From positions 1,181 through 65,180 of the forward strand of contig JAFGLL010000061.1 of the NCBI GenBank assembly GCA_016928095.1: a stretch of DNA of 64,000 bases, written 5' to 3'. This document shows, piece after piece, positions 60,290-64,000 of this stretch. Made by a program: the position numbers and the translations under genes. Source of the stretch: Thermoplasmatota archaeon. GTDB taxonomy: Archaea > Thermoplasmatota > Penumbrarchaeia > Penumbrarchaeales > Penumbrarchaeaceae. Below the pieces are notes generated by a model. It had not been told where the DNA came from. It was given only the letters and a program-made list of their open reading frames with translations, and did no database searches. Every line of letters begins with the position of its first letter. The first letter of the stretch is position 1.

Positions 60290-61660
60290 ATGGTGTCGGA
60301 GCCTGTCGAGCATATCCCTCAGGAGATCGTCAGTTTCTTCAAGGAGAACGTGGGGGAGATCATGCTGATAAAAGGGCCGCCCGGGTCCGGGAAGACCCTT
60401 TTCGCCCTTGAATGCATGAAAGCGCTGACCAGGAACCGCAAGGGCATCACCATCTTTCCGAGAATGGACCGAGACCAGTTGAATTCCGAGTTCCCATGGC
60501 TCCAGAAGGAGGATCCGGGCCAGAACCTGAAAGCATACCACGGGAACACCAAGATGGCGGACCCCAACTGGTTCAAGAGGGAGTTCGACCTCCTCAACAC
60601 GGAACAGCAGGGGAACGTCGGTTTCATGCTCTTCGACCCGATCGACGCCATAACCGAGCAGTATGAGAATCCCGAGAGGAAGATGAAGGAGATACTCTCC
60701 CTGGTCCAGTCGACCAATGTATCCGCCATCATGGTCCAGGAAAAGGAAGGCACCTCGTATCTTGACCATCTTGCAGGAGCGGTGATCAGGATCGAGTTTG
60801 GACGTATGGATGGAAGGAGGTACCGGACGCTCTCCATCGAGAAGATGAGGAGCGTTGAGGTGCAGCATTTCAGTTACGTCTTCACACTCCAGAAGGGTGT
60901 TTTCAAGGCTTTCAAGCCATGGAGGCTCGATTGCATTCCAAGGGGCGAATGGATAGTAACGGATGATACTGATGAGCATTTCTCGACCGGGCTCGACGGT
61001 CTCGACAAGATCCTTGGTGGAGGTTTTAAAAGGGGAAGCTACAACATCCTGGATGTGGATGATAATATCACATCTTCGGAATACTTCCTGCTCATCAGAC
61101 CGCTGCTCCTGAACTTCCTGAACCATGGACGCGGTATCCTCATGGTCCCTCCGGCCGGTGAGCATCCGGAATCCATCAGGGCCGATCTCATGGATTTCAT
61201 GGAGGTCAGGACCCTCAACGAGATGCTCTACTTCCTGGACTACTTCTCGACCTCCTCGCAAAAACCCTATATCGTTCCCATGGGGTCGACGAGAAAAGAA
61301 GGGCTACAGCAGAAGGGGCTCGAGATAATCCAGAAGCTTCGCGGGATAGAGGACCGGCCGTACCTTGACTTCGTGGGACTGGATACCATGGAATACCTGA
61401 TCGGGGAATCGCTCACACTGAGGCATCTTCTCACGGGTGTGTCAAAGACCAAGGTCACAAAGACCCTTGGAATAGGTATAGCTAAACCCGGTCTGAAGAT
61501 AGGCCAGGGGATCCGGAACATGTCGGATGTTTACCTGAAGATGGTCAAGATAAGCTCCATTCCCTGTTTTTACGGTGTCAAACCGGAGACAGGTCTCTTT
61601 GCGTTGATGCCCGATCCTGAAGCGGGGTATCCCAACCTTACGATTACACCACTGACCTGA
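60290..61660 (+). CDS. Two-domain KaiC-like RecA-superfamily ATPase
   Basis: 456 aa. Domain 1 has Walker A IMLIKGPPGSGKTLFALE and Walker B FMLFDPIDA. Domain 2 (GLDGLDKILGGGFKRGSYNILDVD) has a degenerate P-loop. Confidence 0.7.
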   Translation: MVSEPVEHIPQEIVSFFKENVGEIMLIKGPPGSGKTLFALECMKALTRNRKGITIFPRMDRDQLNSEFPWLQKEDPGQNLKAYHGNTKMADPNWFKREFDLLNTEQQGNVGFMLFDPIDAITEQYENPERKMKEILSLVQSTNVSAIMVQEKEGTSYLDHLAGAVIRIEFGRMDGRRYRTLSIEKMRSVEVQHFSYVFTLQKGVFKAFKPWRLDCIPRGEWIVTDDTDEHFSTGLDGLDKILGGGFKRGSYNILDVDDNITSSEYFLLIRPLLLNFLNHGRGILMVPPAGEHPESIRADLMDFMEVRTLNEMLYFLDYFSTSSQKPYIVPMGSTRKEGLQQKGLEIIQKLRGIEDRPYLDFVGLDTMEYLIGESLTLRHLLTGVSKTKVTKTLGIGIAKPGLKIGQGIRNMSDVYLKMVKISSIPCFYGVKPETGLFALMPDPEAGYPNLTITPLT

Positions 61661-61685
61661 ACCGTTGTTGTACATACTCAAATTT

Positions 61686-62186
61686 TCAGGCCCTCTGATG
61701 TCTCTTTCGGTACAACCTGACGTTCGAGCCGCATATGGGACATTCGTCATTCTTCTGCTCTCTCTTGAAATACCGTCCGCAACCCCTGCAGCGGAAGGTC
61801 CATTCCCAGGTGTTGCTTATCCGTTTTCCGGCCTCTCCGGCCGGTTCGAAGGCGATCGAAACGCTTGAAAGCACGTTCTGGACCCTGAAATCGTCCGTGA
61901 CGACGGTTGCATCCTCAAGTTCCATGGCCAGGGCGATCACCGAGATATCCGCGAACGACAATCCCTTGATGTCTCCGGTCGCGGTAGCGGCTTCCTCCGC
62001 CTTATCCGAAGAGTGTGGGTCCCTCACCGCTAGTCCGGAGGACAAAAGGTTCTCCAGGAGCCTTGCAGGAGCACCCCTTGTGACCTCCGATCTTACCAGT
62101 GAAGTTATGTATACACAGGTGAAACCGGTGGGGAGCGTGTTCATCCTTCCCGAAAGGAGGGCCGAGGTATCCAATACAAGGTCCAT
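61686..62186 (-). CDS. nob1: Nob1-like endonuclease (PIN domain plus C-terminal zinc ribbon)
   Basis: 166 aa. N-terminal PIN (MDLVLDTSALL...) and C-terminal CRGCG...CPICG ribbon, the archaeal Nob1 architecture. Confidence 0.7.
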   Translation of the reverse strand: MDLVLDTSALLSGRMNTLPTGFTCVYITSLVRSEVTRGAPARLLENLLSSGLAVRDPHSSDKAEEAATATGDIKGLSFADISVIALAMELEDATVVTDDFRVQNVLSSVSIAFEPAGEAGKRISNTWEWTFRCRGCGRYFKREQKNDECPICGSNVRLYRKRHQRA

Positions 62187-62232
62187 CGGGTTTGAAGGAT
62201 GACCCGCTTATAAGAAATTACCCATGTCTGTC

Positions 62233-64000
62233 CTACCTTTCGTAGTAGTGTGACCTCTTGCTGTCCTTCTCTTCCCTGACGACCCCGGCGTTGCGGAGGA
62301 ACTTCACATGATAGAAGATGACCTTCCTGCTGACCCCCATGTTCTTTGCGATCTGGGACTGGGTGATCCCAGGATCCTCGTGGATCTCCTTCAGTATGTT
62401 CTCCTGGACCCTGGAAAGGCGGACCTTGTCCGTGTCATGCTTAACACCCGCGGCCCAGAAGCACCTGTTGCTCCCATCCTGCTCCGATACTATGAGCTGC
62501 TCCTTTTCCAGAACGTTCAGATGGTGTGAGAGAACCCCAACCTCGAGGTCCACAGCTCTCTGGAGGCCTCTGAAATGCTCCCCCGGGTTGTCGGTTATGT
62601 GTTCGTAGATCTTCTTTCTGTTCTCCTGGTTGAGGAGGTCCTCCCTCCGGATCCTGGTGTAGCCGAAGATGACCAGACCCACGATGACCAAGACCACGAT
62701 GAACGAAAGCATAACGAGGAGGACCATGATCATGCTGATTCCGTCATCATCATCCGTTAATGCAGGAATAATACCTCCATTTCCTTCATAATCATCTTCC
62801 GAGATCGGATCATTATCGTCATCATCTATGGTAGAAGGAACTAGATCGGAAACGCCTGGATATCCCCCCGTTGTCCTGTTATACAGCGATCCTTCATCGT
62901 CCGTCCCTTCGTAATCAGCTACAGGAGGATCGTTCGGGTCCGTGACGACCAGGATGAAGGAGGTGTATGTGGTTACAAAGGAATAGTCCATCGCCAGGTC
63001 TATGACCTTCTGCTGCAGATATTCCGTTTCACCTTCCACCAGCATCTGCTCCATGTAGTGAAGTATCATCCTGTGCGCCCACAGACGGGGGATGAATTCC
63101 AAATCCTGGTCCTGATCGGTCTTCCATGACTCCTCGAAGACCTGCGGTCCTTCAGAGGAGGAGGCGGTGATGGTGGAGGTGATGCTCTCCCTGGTCCTGT
63201 CGAACCTCCCGACGATGACCGCTTCCGAACCAGCGAACAGGCTCGGCATGGTCTGCGGGATGACGTCCGTTGCTCCGGCGGTGTAGTTGAAATACAGGTC
63301 ATGGAGCAGAGGGACTGAGATCGTCTCGTAGAACCCCTGCATCACCATGGATGCGTCCTCCGATTCGGGTATCCTGACAGCGAAGCCCCTGTTCTCCAGG
63401 CTCAGAGCGGAGAGGAAATCGAGATCGACATCATTCCCGAAACCAAGGGAATATATCGATACGCGGTTCGTGTTCCCGTAAAGTATGTTCTCCCTTATCG
63501 TCGGGATGTCTGTGACGCCAGTGGTCGGAAGACCATCCGTAAGAAAGACTATGATCGGGACCGCCTCCACGTCCCCCTGGTACATACCCAGGGCATCCAG
63601 GAGTGCCTGGTTGATGTTGGTGGAACCCGCGGGGTCCATGTAGTTCAGGTACTGAACGGAAGAATCCTTGTTCTCCTTGTTCGCCTGCACCATCTCGGCA
63701 TTCCAGCGGTCTGTCTCCGAGCTGAACGAGATGATGTTGAACCTGTCCTCGTCATGGACCTGATGGACTATCTCGGAGAACGCATCCTTGAGCTGTTCGA
63801 TCTTCCTGCCTCCCATGGAACCGGACCTGTCCAGGACGAATATGACATCCTTGGGCAGATAGGTCCCCAGGTCCGAGAGCCGGGGGGAGAACACGTGAAT
63901 GAAGTATCCCCCGGTATCGTCCATATATGTATCGAGCGTTCCATCGACCGGAGGCGACATTTCCCGGTAAACGATGCCGATCGATGATGTTTTGTCTATC
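62233..64000 (-). CDS. Membrane-spanning vWA-domain protein with cytoplasmic tandem winged-HTH domains (partial, N-terminus beyond right edge)
   Basis: The track starts it at Met 63960, but the frame stays open to 64000 with no stop. vWA MIDAS motif VLDRSGSMGG and TDGLPTTG. TM segment GISMIMVLLVMLSFIVVLVIVGLVIFGY. C-terminal two wHTH (ArsR/TrmB-like: GLQRAVDLEVGVLSHHLNVLEKEQLI; GITQSQIAKNMGVSRKVIFYHVKFLRNAGVV). Confidence 0.7.
   Translation of the reverse strand, partial: IDKTSSIGIVYREMSPPVDGTLDTYMDDTGGYFIHVFSPRLSDLGTYLPKDVIFVLDRSGSMGGRKIEQLKDAFSEIVHQVHDEDRFNIISFSSETDRWNAEMVQANKENKDSSVQYLNYMDPAGSTNINQALLDALGMYQGDVEAVPIIVFLTDGLPTTGVTDIPTIRENILYGNTNRVSIYSLGFGNDVDLDFLSALSLENRGFAVRIPESEDASMVMQGFYETISVPLLHDLYFNYTAGATDVIPQTMPSLFAGSEAVIVGRFDRTRESITSTITASSSEGPQVFEESWKTDQDQDLEFIPRLWAHRMILHYMEQMLVEGETEYLQQKVIDLAMDYSFVTTYTSFILVVTDPNDPPVADYEGTDDEGSLYNRTTGGYPGVSDLVPSTIDDDDNDPISEDDYEGNGGIIPALTDDDDGISMIMVLLVMLSFIVVLVIVGLVIFGYTRIRREDLLNQENRKKIYEHITDNPGEHFRGLQRAVDLEVGVLSHHLNVLEKEQLIVSEQDGSNRCFWAAGVKHDTDKVRLSRVQENILKEIHEDPGITQSQIAKNMGVSRKVIFYHVKFLRNAGVVREEKDSKRSHYYER

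Noticed and set aside
60278-61261. 327-aa minus-strand ORF opposite the two-domain KaiC-like gene
   Set aside because: The plus-strand product has clear Walker A/B motifs. The minus ORF has none and is an antisense artefact.
1-64000. CRISPR arrays, transposases, integrases
   Set aside because: There are no short regularly spaced repeats with unique spacers, and no ORF has integrase/transposase motifs. The tRNA-adjacent repeats are the only mobile-element-like trace.

Overview
The window is an archaeal chromosomal segment, probably from a wall-less Thermoplasmatota-like lineage. This rests on a complete S12-S7-aEF2-aEF1alpha-S10 (str) operon whose EF-1alpha reads like the Thermoplasma protein as I recall it (from memory, not an alignment), a class I lysyl-tRNA synthetase, GfcR, TrmY, Nob1, geranylgeranyl reductase with its ferredoxin, and many membrane-anchored surface proteins.

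The main result is in the leftmost 16.8 kb, which the ORF track leaves empty of real genes. I read it as one continuous minus-strand ORF that starts at ATG 16839 and runs off the left edge, so at least 5,613 codons lie in the window. It encodes a giant surface protein with a signal anchor, beta-helix repeats, FG-GAP repeats and, near the left edge, calcium-binding repeats. The track omitted it because its stop codon lies outside the window. A membrane-anchored clan-CD (C11, clostripain-like) peptidase is transcribed divergently from it.

Other notable content:
- Three more large surface proteins (862, 812 and 1,014 aa) with C-terminal membrane anchors.
- tRNA-Gln(TTG) and tRNA-Ser(TGA) genes, each flanked by partial direct repeats of its own 3' end. 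At tRNA-Gln these sit in a nest of tandem repeats that look like fossil attachment sites.
- A tightly packed five-gene operon of three small coiled-coil paralogs, a PRC-barrel protein and a Cdc48-N-like protein.
- A six-gene minus-strand string: a TraB-like protein, a TPR protein, one intact and two degenerate KaiC-like ATPases, and a zinc-ribbon protein.
- Ribosomal protein S7 with an unusual ~150-residue Lys/Glu-rich N-terminal extension.
- A vWA-TM-double-HTH protein that runs off the right edge.
- A bacterial-type PlsC acyltransferase, which is unusual in an archaeon.
- Routine genes: purS-purL-purQ, an OPT transporter, a CDF transporter, thioredoxin, cyclophilin, a CN-hydrolase and formiminotransferase-cyclodeaminase.

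I saw no CRISPR array, transposase or integrase. Coordinates I placed by hand may be off by 1-2 nt.
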